From positions 4,960,321 to 5,014,738 of the forward strand of contig NC_057718.1 of the NCBI RefSeq assembly GCF_004010195.1: a DNA stretch of 54,418 bases, given 5' to 3'. A model generated the notes under the pieces. The model was not told the DNA's origin. It saw only the letters and a list, made by a program, of their open reading frames with translations, and made no database searches. Below, piece by piece: positions 37,161 to 49,340 of this stretch. The position numbers were made by a program, and so were the translations under genes. The first letter of the stretch is position 1. Every line of letters begins with the position of its first letter. The stretch comes from Chiloscyllium plagiosum. Its lineage: Eukaryota.

Positions 37161-38212
37161 TTTAAGAACCTGGGAAAGGCTTGGAGGGAGTTGTTGTATA
37201 AGGCATTTAGCACCTGAAAGGGTTATCTGACATCACACAGAAAGCTCCTCCCATATGAAGGACTGTTCCTGAGAGGAGCTAAGTTCTCAGTTGTAAAACA
37301 GGTTCTAGCTCTCAGACCATGTTGCCAACTCTAATGTGTGCTAACAGTTAAATTGAGCCTGTGCAATGGATTACCATGTGACTTGACTGTAATATAACTA
37401 GCCATTAAGTACTATGTGAGAAAGCAGCTTTATATCTCAAGATTGGGCTTTGCTTCTATCAAAGACCTTGTTAGGGCATCCTTCCTCATTTGATATCAGT
37501 AACCATTCAGGAGGACTAATGGCAGTAAATCTAACCCAGGTATCATCGGTGGTTTCAGTAAATAGGCCCACCATGATGGCATTGAGGTATATTTGTGTCT
37601 AACCATAGCCAGTGAAATCCTATCAATGGCTTCTCTTCTTGCTCCCCCACTGTGATAGCTGGCAGTCCCCAAGAGTCTATTCTCAGTCCCCTCCTATTTC
37701 TCATCTCCATGTTGCCCCTTTGCTGAGACAGTCTGAACATGCAGTGCTGGTTAGCCATTTATGCTGATGACAGAGTGTAGCCTCATCATCCCCCCTCTTG
37801 TCTCCTGTATTTGGATGAGCAGAATATTCCACCAGGTGAATAGATTGAGAAGACCATTGTGCTTGGTCACCACCACAAACTCTGTTCCTGATCTACTGAC
37901 ACCATCTCTTTCCCTCAACTGAATCTGAGGCTGTCCTGGCTGTTTGCTGTCTTGGTGTCACACTTGATCTTAAGCTGAGCTTACAACCAGGTATCTGCTA
38001 AGGGGCAGCACACCTCCACCTCTGTAATGCTACCCAACTCTGTCCCTGCCCCACACCAGTGGTTACTGAAATCCATATCCATGTCTTAGTTGTCTCTGGA
38101 TTTGATTATTGCATCCCACTCCTGCCAGCCTCCCACTGCCACCCTCAATGAGCCTGGGATCATCTGAAACTCTGTCACTCTGTTCCTAGTTCACACCTTG
38201 TCCTGTTCACCC

Positions 38213-39450
38213 ACCAATCTCTTTGTTGGCTACGTAGAGCAGTTGATCTTCCGTAATTACACCGGCACCACTCCCCACCTCTTCCTCCGCTACGATGACT
38301 GCTCCCGCGAGGAGGTTGAGCAATTCATCAACTTCACCAACACATTCCACCCTGACCTTAAATTTACCTGGACCATCTCTGACACCTCCCTCCCCTTCCT
38401 GGACCTCTCCATCTCCATCAGTGACGACCGACTTGACACTGACATTTTCTACAAACCCACCGACTCCCACAGCTACCTGGATGACACCTCTTCCCACCCT
38501 ATCTCTTGCAAAAATGCCATCCCATATCCCCAATTCCTCCGCCTCCGCCGTATCTGCTCCCAGGAGAANNNNNNNNNNNNNNNNNNNNNNNNNNNNNNNN
38601 NNNNNNNNNNNNNNNNNNNNNNNNNNNNNNNNNNNNNNNNNNNNNNNNNNNNNNNNNNNNNNNNNNNNNNNNNNNNNNNNNNNNNNNNNNNNNNNNNNNN
38701 NNNNNNNNNNNNNNNNNNNNNNNNNNNNNNNNNNNNNNNNNNNNNNNNNNNNNNNNNNNNNNNNNNNNNNNNNNNNNNNNNNNNNNNNNNNNNNNNNNNN
38801 NNNNNNNNNNNNNNNNNNNNNNNNNNNNNNNNNNNNNNNNNNNNNNNNNNNNNNNNNNNNNNNNNNNNNNNNNNNNNNNNNNNNNNNNNNNNNNNNNNNN
38901 NNNNNNNNNNNNNNNNNNNNNNNNNNNNNNNNNNNNNNNNNNNNNNNNNNNNNNNNNNNNNNNNNNNNNNNNNNNNNNNNNNNNNNNNNNNNNNNNNNNN
39001 NNNNNNNNNNNNNNNNNNNNNNNNNNNNNNNNNNNNNNNNNNNNNNNNNNNNNNNNNNNNNNNNNNNNNNNNNNNNNNNNNNNNNNNNNNNNNNNNNNNN
39101 NNNNNNNNNNNNNNNNNNNNNNNNNNNNNNNCACTGATCCAGAATCTGGTTTCCAGCATCTGCAGTCATTGTTTTTACCTCGTTGATTTTAACCCTACTG
39201 CGAATCCTCTTGCAACGATGCCTGCCTTGAAGAAGTTTTCCTCCTCTCTCTACAAGAATCTCAGGGAGTCTCTCTCCCACTGCAACTCCCAGGTCATTTC
39301 CTCTGCCCTGAAAGCCTTTATTCCTGATGAAGGGCTTTTGCCCGAAACGTCGATTTCGAAGCTCCTCGGATGCTGCCTGAATTGCTGTGCTCTTCCAGCA
39401 TCACTGATCCAGAATCTAGTTTCCAGCATCTGCAGTCATTGTTTTTACCT
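38213..39450 (+). mobile_element. Penelope-like retroelement: RT fragment, gap (38569-39131), tandem pLTRs
   Basis: NLFVGYVEQ..FLRYDDC..HPDLKFTW..LPFLDL..FYKPTDSHSYLD..SSHP..CKNAIPY.QFLRLRRICS is a PLE RT. Direct repeat 39132-39180 = 39402-39450. Confidence 0.93.
39320..39355 (+). ncRNA. Minimal type I hammerhead ribozyme motif (family A, intact core)
   Basis: CUGAUGA 39324-39330, A-GGGC-UUUU-GCCC stem II, GAA-ACGU-C. Predicted cleavage after 39351. Stem I is weak. Confidence 0.75.
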
Positions 39451-40255
39451 CTGTGCCTCAGATCCCAGTTAAATAGTGCTTTAAAGATTCTCAGCCTAGT
39501 CTTTAAATTGGCCAATGGCTCTTCCCCCATCTCCTTAACCTTCTCCAAAGGCACACTCCTTCAAAGGTACAAGCCTCTGAGGTAGCTCCAATTCCAACTC
39601 TGAGGGGTCCTGCTTTAAACCACTGTGGTGTTGAAGACCATGCCTTTAATGCCTAGACCCAATGTTGTGCAGTTACTTATTCAACTCTTTAGCTCCCCCT
39701 TCAAACTGACCTCTCTGACCAAGCTTTGGACCTAAGGTCTGGCTCAGTATAAGCATGTTGCTTTGCAACCTTCCTATGGACCACCAGGGGATGTGTCATC
39801 TTTAATGGAGAGAGTTCAAAACCACTGGGTCGCTCTCTTTTGAGAACATTATAAATATTGCAGTGTGTTCTGTACATTTATTGCACATCCATGGAAATGA
39901 TTTCACTCTGAATATAGATTTACTGCATTCGAAAGAGCACAACGTGATTCTCAACCACCAAGAGATTCAGGCTGGGGTTAGATACAAAGTGTTTGATCTG
40001 AGATAATAACTTTCTTTTCTTTTTTCTTTTTTCTCCCTCTCTATCAATATGGTTGACACCCCCTTGCCTGTTTTCCTGTTTTTATTTCAGATTCCCACCA
40101 TCTTCTTTCCTGTTTATGTGAAAATAGATCCAGTCAACATTGTGGGAAGTGAAAATGGATTTCTCAGTCTTTGTTCTCATTCAAATCTCCGCACAGGCTA
40201 CAGATGCAGCAGGGTGAAAATGGGAGTGGGAGAAGGAGGAGATGGAGGGATTATG

Positions 40256-40256
40256 A

Positions 40257-40306
<50 letters not shown>

Positions 40307-40322
40307 GAGAGACAGAGAGAGA
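40256..40322. repeat. Compound (TG)(AG)(ACAG) microsatellite
   Basis: Seen directly. Confidence 0.95.
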
Positions 40323-40563
40323 ATGAAAATAGCTTGTGGTTTTTTGTGTACAGTTGATGGACTGTTGCTGCATTCACTTAGCCTATAATGGACATAATGG
40401 CTGTTTGACATCCTTGGAGACATTGTGTATCCTGATGGTCTCTGTTTCAGTCTGTGCTTGCACTGGGTGGTTAGTCAGCAGAGTGACAGGAACATTCATT
40501 AGTATTGGAAGCTGAGATGTGTATTGTTCCACACTGAATTCCTGCAGCTTCTCACTCCTGAAC

Positions 40564-40576
40564 ATGAATAACTCTG
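40564..40576 (+). CDS. Candidate short first coding exon (MNNS, phase 1) of an unidentified gene
   Basis: aacATG (A at -3), upstream in-frame TGA, consensus donor CTG|GTGAGT, inside ~1.3 kb of TE-free sequence. Confidence 0.35.
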
Positions 40577-41089
40577 GTGAGTTGAATGTTACTGGACTGC
40601 TTTTGAAGTGTGATTTTTTAAAAAATTGTGTAAATAAACATCTCAATGTAGTGCACGTGGGTTTTATCGCTTTTCAACCGTGTGTTTTTATTTGCGAGTG
40701 TGCTTTCACAGACTTTAATTGAGCACACCTCCTCTTCAGATTGGAGATATTTGCAGAGAGGAGACTAAATTTTCCTTAACTCATTCTCTGCTCAATGAAG
40801 CTGGATTTATTTCTGTCTGAAATTGTATTTTGAATTTATGTCACCTCAGTAGAATAAGCATGTATGATTTTTTTTCGGATTGGGGATCCATGGCTATCAA
40901 TGGGGCCAATGGACAAGGACTGGTTTTTAGGGAATCCATCATCTTGCTGCCAGTCTTCAGAAAACAATTATGCTTGGCAATCAACAAGCTCACAGCTTCC
41001 GTGTGTGAATAAAAATGAATGTTTGCTGAGTTGAAAGCACCATTTGGCTTTTTGATAACTGACACAGTCTTTTTTGTTAACTTTGTCAG

Positions 41090-41262
41090 GTAATCCCCGG
41101 TCGGAAGTTAATTTCTTTTGGTATCTCCCCGAGGGCGCTGTGATATTAATTGGAGAGGGGGTCTCCTCAGGAGTGAATCAATATTCAGTGGGGAAAGGGA
41201 CTCCCTGGGATATGTCGCTATTAACCGAGGAGGGGAAACCTCGGGCGTTATGTCAAAAATGA
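41090..41262 (+). other. Candidate exon or recursive splice site (branch CTGAC, poly-Y, CAG|GTAATC)
   Basis: Textbook acceptor at 41089, open in phase 1 for 57 codons, CpG-retaining. Confidence 0.25.
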
Positions 41263-41335
41263 AGCTGATCTCTTGGGATTGATTACTGATTGTAGATGAT
41301 CTTTGGCTGGAAAAGTTTGACTACCACTTTTCTTA

Positions 41336-41607
41336 GGTGTGTTTGTGTGTATGTTTCTGAGTGTTGTATGTCGGGGGGACTGTGAGAGCGTGTGTGTCTG
41401 TGAGTATGAGTGTGTGTGTCTGAGTGTTTCTGTGAGTGTGTGTCTCTGTTATAAGTGTGTGTATGAGTGTTTGTGTCTGTGTGTCTGAGTGCCTATATGT
41501 GTGTTTGTATAAGTAAGTGTGTGAGTATCTGTGATGGTGTGCGTAAGTGTGTGTGTTTAACTGTCTCAGTGTGTATGTATATGTGTATGAATGTGTGTGT
41601 GTGTGTC
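41336..41607. repeat. Degenerate (TG)-rich simple repeat
   Basis: Seen directly. Confidence 0.9.
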
Positions 41608-42553
41608 TTTGTAACAAACTGTAAGATGCCTAATGGTACTTAAAAATCAAAATTCAACTATGCTTATCCGGAACCCTAACTTGCGGTAGGAAGATCAGAT
41701 ATGATCAGGTTCAAAAAATCAATTGCCAACCATCATTCACAACTTCCAATAAACATTTTCTTCAGCAATGTTGGTTAGTAGCTTATGAATGCATTGACAT
41801 CCAAATTTATTGCTTGACATTTCAGGAAGAGAACGAGAGGAAACATTTGGCGACCTTTCAGAAACACTATCCTGAGGCATGGCCATCAGCGTGAAACATT
41901 AACTCTTCTACCTCTTTTCAGCCACACAGACTGAGTTTTTCCAGCATTTACTGCTTTTAATTCGTATTTCTTGTTTCTGTATTTGTCAAAGCTTTTACAA
42001 TTTGTCTGTACTAATTTACTCTTGGATTCTGCTTTCTCCATCTTATCAAGCTTTGGTCATCCTTTGCTAGTCTCTGAAAGCTCAGCTTTAATATTTAGCA
42101 ATAATACAATCAGATAGTGTTCTTCACTTCTCCCGTTCGCTGCAATCTCATTGGAAAATTTTCATTCTTTAGCTAAACAGATATTATGAATTATTTATGA
42201 ATTGTTTACCATTGCTTCTGTGCCATCAACTCCTTTAATCTAATTTTCTAATCTACAAGAACCATTTCCCTTTTTAGATGTAATTTGTTTAAATATAAGA
42301 TCCTACTTTTGACTGTCCGTTTCACTGCTTCGAATGTGATGGAACATTTTATCAATCCGTCATTGGGAATGGGCACAGTTCAATACAGAGTGCAGGAAAT
42401 CCCAAACACAACAGCAAAAGACTGTGGATGACATTAAACAATGGACCCTTGGAGGCTGAAAGGCTGAAATCATCTGAAGGCTGAGGAAATGGCACTCACG
42501 TTAACAAGTATTTTGGCTTTATGGTAGCAGGCACAGAGGACTGGCTGGAAGTA

Positions 42554-42794
42554 GTCGAAGATTGAGGTGCTGGAAAAGCACAGCAGATCAGGCAGCATCT
42601 GAGGAGCAGGAGAGTTGGCCGTTCGAGCATAAGCTCTTCATCAGCAAATGAGGAATCAGCTCATTCCTGATGACGGGCTTTTGCCCGAAATGTTGATTCT
42701 CCTCTTCCTCGGATGCTGCCTGACCTGCTATGCTTTTCCAGCACTATACACTTCGAATCTGATCTCCAGCATCTGCAGTCCTCACTTTCTCCAA
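42554..42794. mobile_element. Fold-back PLE element, family A, 10-bp TSD
   Basis: TSD gctggaagta at 42544-42553 and 42795-42804; ctgatga at 42667. Confidence 0.88.
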
Positions 42795-44109
42795 GCTGGA
42801 AGTACCAAGGGTTTTAGGAAAATGTGGAACTGATGTCAGTAAAGAAGAGGTACCAGATGAAATAATAGGAGTGAGAGTCGATGAGCTTTTGGATACAATA
42901 TCTGATCTTCACAGAGACAGTGGCACGGGTCAGATTGGGAAAGTCCAGGACACCTCTCAGCTCCACAACCCAACCAAGCAGGAGGCATGCTGGACCAGTG
43001 CACAGGAGGGAGGGTGGAGATGGAGAGGACGGGTTTGAGTTGTGACCACCTCCTCCCCATCCCTCCCAGAAACAGTGCAGAGGCTGATAAATTTGGAGAA
43101 GAACTGGACAGCTGGTCTTCTTTGGTGACTGGCACATTGTTCAAGATTGTTTGTTTAAAAAATAGATGAAACAAATAACAGAAGAAACTTACCAGTCTTC
43201 ACCCATCTTACCCTCTCAGTACCCCATATGCAACCTCATATCCCTACCCATCCCATATGGCCCCTTCTACTCTCCATGCTAACCACCGTGCCCTAGCACC
43301 CTTCACAGGCTGCTACACCAGCTTAGCACCCCCACTAACCATCCTCTGTCCTTACACGTTCCATACGCACAATCCACCATGGGAAGCCCTGGGGGCACAT
43401 GCTCAATTGAGACAAAACAAATTTCTAAAATATCTGTTGGAAAACTCACCATTTGCAAAGAATGCTCCTTTTGATAAAAAAAAACCTATTGACTATATTT
43501 ATTTTCCATAAGACCATAAAACGTAGGAGCAGCATTAAGCCATTCAGCGCATTGAGTCCGGTCCACAGTTCAATCCTGGCTGATATGTTTCTCAACCCCA
43601 TGCTCCTGCCTTCTCCCTGTAACCCTTGATCCCTTTACTAATGAAAAACCTTTCTATTAATCCCTTTAAAAACCAAGCATCGGAATTCATAGTCCTACTT
43701 CAAACAGTTCAACAACAACTTGGAGCTGTCAATCAAAATGTGAAATGTCAGGTGCCCTGGAATGAGAATGGACGTTTGTAAAATCAGTATCACTCCAGAC
43801 AGGGAAACTTCAAGGCTTATGTCAATAACAAGAATGAAATGGCAAGCATTGCTTTATTTTTACATTCCAGTCTGTTTTTTTCTCTCTCCAATAATTTAAA
43901 GGCTGGGGATTTTAAATGCCTTGACAGATTGATGACGCTTTTGAAACTTTTGACAGTTAATTTAGAAAGCTCTCTTGTCTGTTCCAATGAGTTTCTGCAC
44001 TTTTTTTGCATACGCATGTCTTTTTTTAATATAATTCAAAGGGTATTAGACCTCTCTCTCAAAGTCTTCCTTCATCATAGGTTATCTTACCTGTCCAGGT
44101 AATAGTACA

Positions 44110-45710
44110 GTTTAGGATTGCAGATTTGTGGTTGAATACATGGATGCTTGCAGTTGGATCTGTTCTAATTCAATCCCGTTTAGTACGGTGATAAAGTATA
44201 AAACATGATACAATGGGAAAATGGGACCGTGGTTTCATAAGGACTGTGTGTTGGTGACTCTTACCAACCCTGTCATGAAGATATACAGCTGGGGCAGGCA
44301 GATTGTTAAGGATGAGGGAAAGTAGGTTTTTCTCTCTTGTTAGTTCCCTCGACACTGTCTGCGGAGCCAGCCAAACATCAGTTGTGAAATGGTGATGGAC
44401 AATTAAACAATTAATCAGAGGGGGATACTCCTCAAATATCCGCCTCCTCAATGACAGTGGAGCCTAGCATCTCAGTGCAAAAGATTCTCATGTCTGCAAA
44501 CATTTTTGGCCAGAAACTGCTGAGTTGATGACCCTTGGCTGCCTCCAGTGGCCCCTAGCATCACAGTTGCCTGTCTTCAGCCAATTCAATTCACTCCGTG
44601 TGATATTAAGAAATCGCTGATGGCACTGTATGCCATAAAGGTTACGGGCCCTGACAACATTCTGACGTTACTACTGAAGATATGTGCTCCAGAACTTGCC
44701 ACTCCTCTAGCCAAGCTGGTCCAGTACAGCTGCAACACTGGTAGCTACCTGACAATGTGGAAAATTGCCCAGGTATGTCCTGTACATAAAAAACGGGACA
44801 AATCTAACGTGGCAAATTACTGCCCCATCAGTTGACTCTTCATCATCACAAATGTAAGAGAAGAGGTCATTAACAATGCTATCAAGCAGCATTTGTTCAG
44901 CAATAACCTGCTCACTGATTTCTAGTTTGGGTTCTACCAGGACCACTTAGCTCCTGATTTCATTACAGCCTCGTTACAAATCGAGACAATATTGCTCAAC
45001 TCCAGAGGTGACATAAGCATGAATGCCCTTGACATCAATGCCCCATTAACCAAGTATAGCATCAAGGAGTCCTAGCAAAACTAATGTCGATGAGAGTCAG
45101 GGAGTACACTCTCTGATGGAGTCATACCCAGCACATGGGAAGATGGTTGTGGTCTTTGGGCGTCAGTCATCTCACCTTAGAGTAGTGTCCTTGGCCCAAA
45201 TATCTTCAGTTCCTTCATCAGTGATTTTCCCTTCGTCAGAAATGGAGATGTTTGCCAATGCTTGCACAATGTTCAGCACTATTCATGACTCCTCAGTTAC
45301 TGAAGCAGTCCACGTTGGTATGGAGCAACACAGACTTGGGCTGAAAGGTGGCAGGTAATATTTATGGTACAAGTATGGCAGACAGTGACCATCCCCAAGA
45401 GGAAGAATCTGATTCTTGTAACTTGACATCTAATGGCATTATCAATGTTTAGTCCAACATTATTAAGATCCTGGGGATTACCATTGATTAGATCTCCAAG
45501 CCACATGCGATCCTCATTTAGAGATGAATCTCTGTCACTGAATCAAGACTCTGTAACTCCCCTCTGTAACAGCCTCTGGCTGTGCCTACACCACATAGCC
45601 TGCAGTGGTACCAAGAGGTGTCTCAACATCACCTTGCCCAGACTAATTCGGGACAGGCAATAAATGCTGGCTCGGCCGGTGACACCCACACACCATGGAA
45701 GAATAAATAA
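44110..45710 (+). mobile_element. CR1/L2-group LINE with inverted 5' endonuclease segment
   Basis: Minus strand 44110-44372 reads RELTREKNLLSLILNNLP..KSHQHTV. Plus strand from 44380 reads WTIKQL..GPDNI..LKICAPELATPLAKL..NYCPIS, then a 3' tail. Confidence 0.82.
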
Positions 45711-45714
45711 TTTT

Positions 45715-46700
45715 AAAGGGTCTGAGGAGTTTGTAAAGAGGATGTAGAGAGGATGTAAACTGGTTAAATAATTGGCAAGGAGATAGCAGAAATGTTAGAC
45801 TGTGGGAAAATGTCAAATTAGCCACTTCTGTCACAGTGCAGAACGTTTATTAGATAGTGAGAGATTTGTAAATGTTAGATTTCAGGGAATGGATGTGTCA
45901 TTGCGCATTGCAAACAGAGAGGTTAGCATGCTGGTACTGTGAGTAACACAGAAGGAAAATGGCATTGGAGATTTTATTCAAACAGAGTTGGAATACAAGA
46001 CAAAGGAAATTTTTCTGGTATTATACCAAATGTTGGGAGGGCCATACCTGATTCCAATTTTGTTTCCTTTCGGAACAAAGCATATACTTGCCTCAGATGG
46101 TGAAATGAAGATTCACCAAAACAGTTCCTGGATGAACAGAGCTGTTCCCTGAGGAGAGACTGAGCGTGTACATTCTATGTTTAGAATAATGAGAGTGTAG
46201 GAGGATGATAGGTGACCTTATAGAAGTTTATAAAATTATGAAGTTTAGAGGTAAGGTATGAATGGCAGGTGTCTTTTCCCTCGGGTGAGGCTTTCAAACC
46301 TAGGGGCATATTTTTAAAGTTAGAGGAGTAAAATGTATCAAACACATGAGGGGCAACATTTTAATCAGAGTGGTTCACATATGGCAGGAACTTCCAGAGG
46401 AAGTGGTGGATGTGGGTACAGTTACAATGTTTACAAGAGATAAGCACATGAATAAGAAAGATTTGGAGGGATATGAGCCAAGCACAGGCAGGTGGGACTA
46501 GTTTAGTTTGGGATTATGTTCAGCATGGACTAGTTGGACTGAAGGGTCTGTTTCCGTGCTGTATGGCTCTATGAGAGGTGATCTCATTTAAAGTTATCAA
46601 ATTCATAGAATGATTGACAACTTTGCCACAGAGAGTTTGTTTCTCCTCTCTAGAGAGATTCCAAGCACGGACCATTGCCTCCGGATAAGAGCTTAGGTGT
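45715..46700 (+). mobile_element. Decayed CR1 with nested HER1 3' fragment (~46205-46573)
   Basis: CR1 RT C-terminal remnants; HER1 tail gaagggtctgtttccgtgctgtatggctctatga. Confidence 0.75.
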
Positions 46701-48142
46701 TTAGAACATAGAATAGTACAGTACAGCACAGTTTAGGACTGAAACATTTCTTTTGATGATCTGTGAAATGTTTTACACCAGGGAACTGTGGATGTTTACT
46801 GTTCAATATAATCATGAGTAAGCTTTTTGGACATGGAAGGATCTGGGGACAGAATGGGCAAATGGAATTCATGTTTGTTTGGAGCATCAATCTGCACTGG
46901 GACAGCTTCCCAGCCTATTCGTGCCTTCAGTTGATTTTCCCAGGTGTAGGGATCTGGGAGCTGCAGCAAGTCCCAATCTACAGGAAACTGAACTGATTCA
47001 TGCAGTGATGGTGGCACGTAGGGGTGGGGTTGTTTTTGCCATGGCACCAGTATTTCCTCCCATTGAATGAGTCACTAGCAAGTGTGAAGACTGTCGGGAT
47101 GTGGGAGGGCTCTCCCAAAGCCAGGTCAAGGGCTATTGGAACTGGGTACTCTGTGGCCCTACCGGCTTCATATCCCTTTGGTGGATGTTCTCTCTCTGGG
47201 CAAAGAGGGGTATCTCCAGCCTTGAGGTGCCCTGGTACTGGCTCACCACCTGCAGGACCACCCACCTCTCCGACCTGTCCTGCAGATAGCACTGCCGACC
47301 CTCCCACCAGGCCCCCAACTTCCCTGGTCCACCTATCCTGGCAGCTCCACAAACACTGTGACCCTCTCCCATAATGGCCACTTCCACGTTCCTGACCTGA
47401 ACTGAGGTCGGCTTTGGGGTAGTGACCCATTTAGAGAAAGGATAGGGCTACTTCCTCCATCATTGAAAGGACCTTACCTTTCATGGCAGGCTGTTGAGAT
47501 GAAGTCCTGAATTATAAATGAATGGCTGACATTAATAAGCTTAATGGCCATTAGAAAACAATCTCTTGGACAATACTGGAATATTTTCTTGCCAAATAGT
47601 TGAGATAATTTTTTTCAACTCTTTAAAAAATCAAAGCTAAATGCATACATTGGCATGGGATTGATTTTGAGTTTAAGTGACTGATGTAATGGTGATTTTT
47701 AGATGTGATTTAAGTAAGCTTGGCTGGTAGGATACTGCTCCCAGATCCAACTCGCTGCTTTTGGAGGTTATTAATACTGGGTTGCTCAGGAACAGTGGGA
47801 TTAAATGTGGTCTCTGTTGATGGGCACTGGTTGCCACTATCTTGAGGGGATGCCCCATGATGGAACACCAGTCTGGGTCATCTCTTCCACACGCAGAGCT
47901 TGGTGACATCCAACATCCCAGTGAATGCTCTTCCTCCAGCTGTGTCTACTCCTCTCCTTCTGCTGCTCCCTGTCACAGTCCCCTCTCCTACTGCCTGATA
48001 CAAACTTCCTCCCTCTCACCCATCTGTCCCAAACTGGGGTCTGGATGCAAACTCTTCTCATTTGTTGCTGTGAGCAACCACACAGCCATTCATGTGATTC
48101 CAGAAACCCTGTCCTGATTCAACTTATCCTTGTCTATTACTA

Positions 48143-49300
48143 TGTCTCTAACTCTGTGCTGTCCCTGGTCTTGGAGTGTTTGATGGGGACAGTGTAGAGA
48201 GAGCTTTACTCTTATCTAATCCTGTGGTGTCCCTGTCCTGGGAATGTTTGATGGGGACAGTGTAGAGAGATAGGCGAAAGTGAATACTGCAGATGCTGGA
48301 GATTGGAGTCAAGAGTGAGGTGCTGGAAAAGCACAGCAGGTCAGGCAGCATCCAAGGAGTAAATAAATCAATGTTTCGGGCTAAAATCCTTCAGGACTAC
48401 CTGATGAAGGGCTTTTGCCTGAAACATTGATTTCCCTGCACCTCGGATGCTGCCTGACCTGCTGTGCTTTTCCAGTACCACATTCTTGACAGTGTAGAGG
48501 GAGCTTTAATCTGTATCTAACACCATACCGTCTCTGTCCTGGGAGTGTTTGATAGGGGGAGAGTGTAGATAGACCTTTACTCTGTATTTAACCCCATACT
48601 GCCACTGTCCTGGGATTGTTTGATGGGGACATTGTGGAGGGAGCTTTACTCTGTATCTAATCCCATGCTGTCCCTGTCCTGGGAGTATTTGATGGGGAAA
48701 GTGTAGAGAGAGCTTTACTCCGTATCTAACCCCATGCTGTCCCTGTCCTGGGATGGAGGGGGGACAGTGTAGAGGTAGCTTTACTCTGTATCTAACCACG
48801 TGTGTCCCTGTCCTGGGATGGGGTGGACAGTGTAGAGAGAGTTTTACTCTGTATCTAACACCGTACTGTCCCTGTCCTGGGAGTGTTTGATGGGGACAGT
48901 GTGGAGGGAGCTTTACTCTGTATCTAACCACATGCTGTCCCTGTCCTGGGAGTGTTTGATGGGGACAATGTGGAGGGAGCTTTACTCGGTATCTAACCGC
49001 ATGCTATCCCATTCCTGGGTTGGGGTGGACAGTGTAGAGTGAGCTTTACTCTGGATCTAACCCTGTGCTGTCCCTTTCCTGGGAGTGTTTGATGGAGACA
49101 GTGTAGAGGAAGTTTTATTCTGTATTTAATCCTGGACTGTCCCTATGCTGGGAGTGTTTAATGGGGGGAAGTATAGATGGAGCTTTACTCTGTATCTAAC
49201 CCCATGTTGCCCCTATTCTGGGATGGGTGAAACAGTGGAGAGGTAGCTTTATTCTGCATCTAACCTTGTGCTGTCCCTGTCCTGGAATAGTGTAGAAGGA
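48143..49300. repeat. 69-bp tandem repeat (~14 units, some ~64 bp)
   Basis: Unit ctaaccccgtgctgtccctgtcctgggagtgtttgatggggacagtgtagagggagctttactctgtat. Confidence 0.97.
48271..48487. mobile_element. Fold-back PLE element, family A, inside the 69-bp array
   Basis: Duplicated gacagtgtagag at 48256 and 48488; ctgatga at 48401. Confidence 0.88.
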
Positions 49301-49340
49301 GTTTTAGAAACACAGGAATGGACCATTCAACCAATTCTAA

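Larger units (their letters stand above)
37540..39810 (+). mobile_element. Old L2 LINE interrupted by Penelope-like element
   Basis: VPQESILSPLLFLI..IYADD remnants. The L2 3' tail resumes after 39450 (tttaaattg, ctctgaccaagctttgg). Confidence 0.7.

Noticed and set aside
38198..39472. Long ORFs of 200-424 aa (and those at 13522-14289)
   Set aside because: Their lengths are inflated by N gaps; the real parts are TE sequence.
40070..40105. Strong-looking acceptor ttttatttcag|attccc
   Set aside because: It matches the PLE pLTR tail (tgtttttatttcagatttccagcatct), so it is likely a repeat remnant.
40564..40576. Assigning a gene name to MNNS (e.g. DAZAP1 or an intracellular FGF isoform)
   Set aside because: Four residues cannot identify a gene, and no downstream exon in the window supports any name.
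48506..48931. 141-aa repetitive ORF (RYRVKLPLHCPHQTLPGQGQHG)
   Set aside because: A by-product of the 69-bp (23-codon) tandem repeat, broken by indels in neighbouring units.
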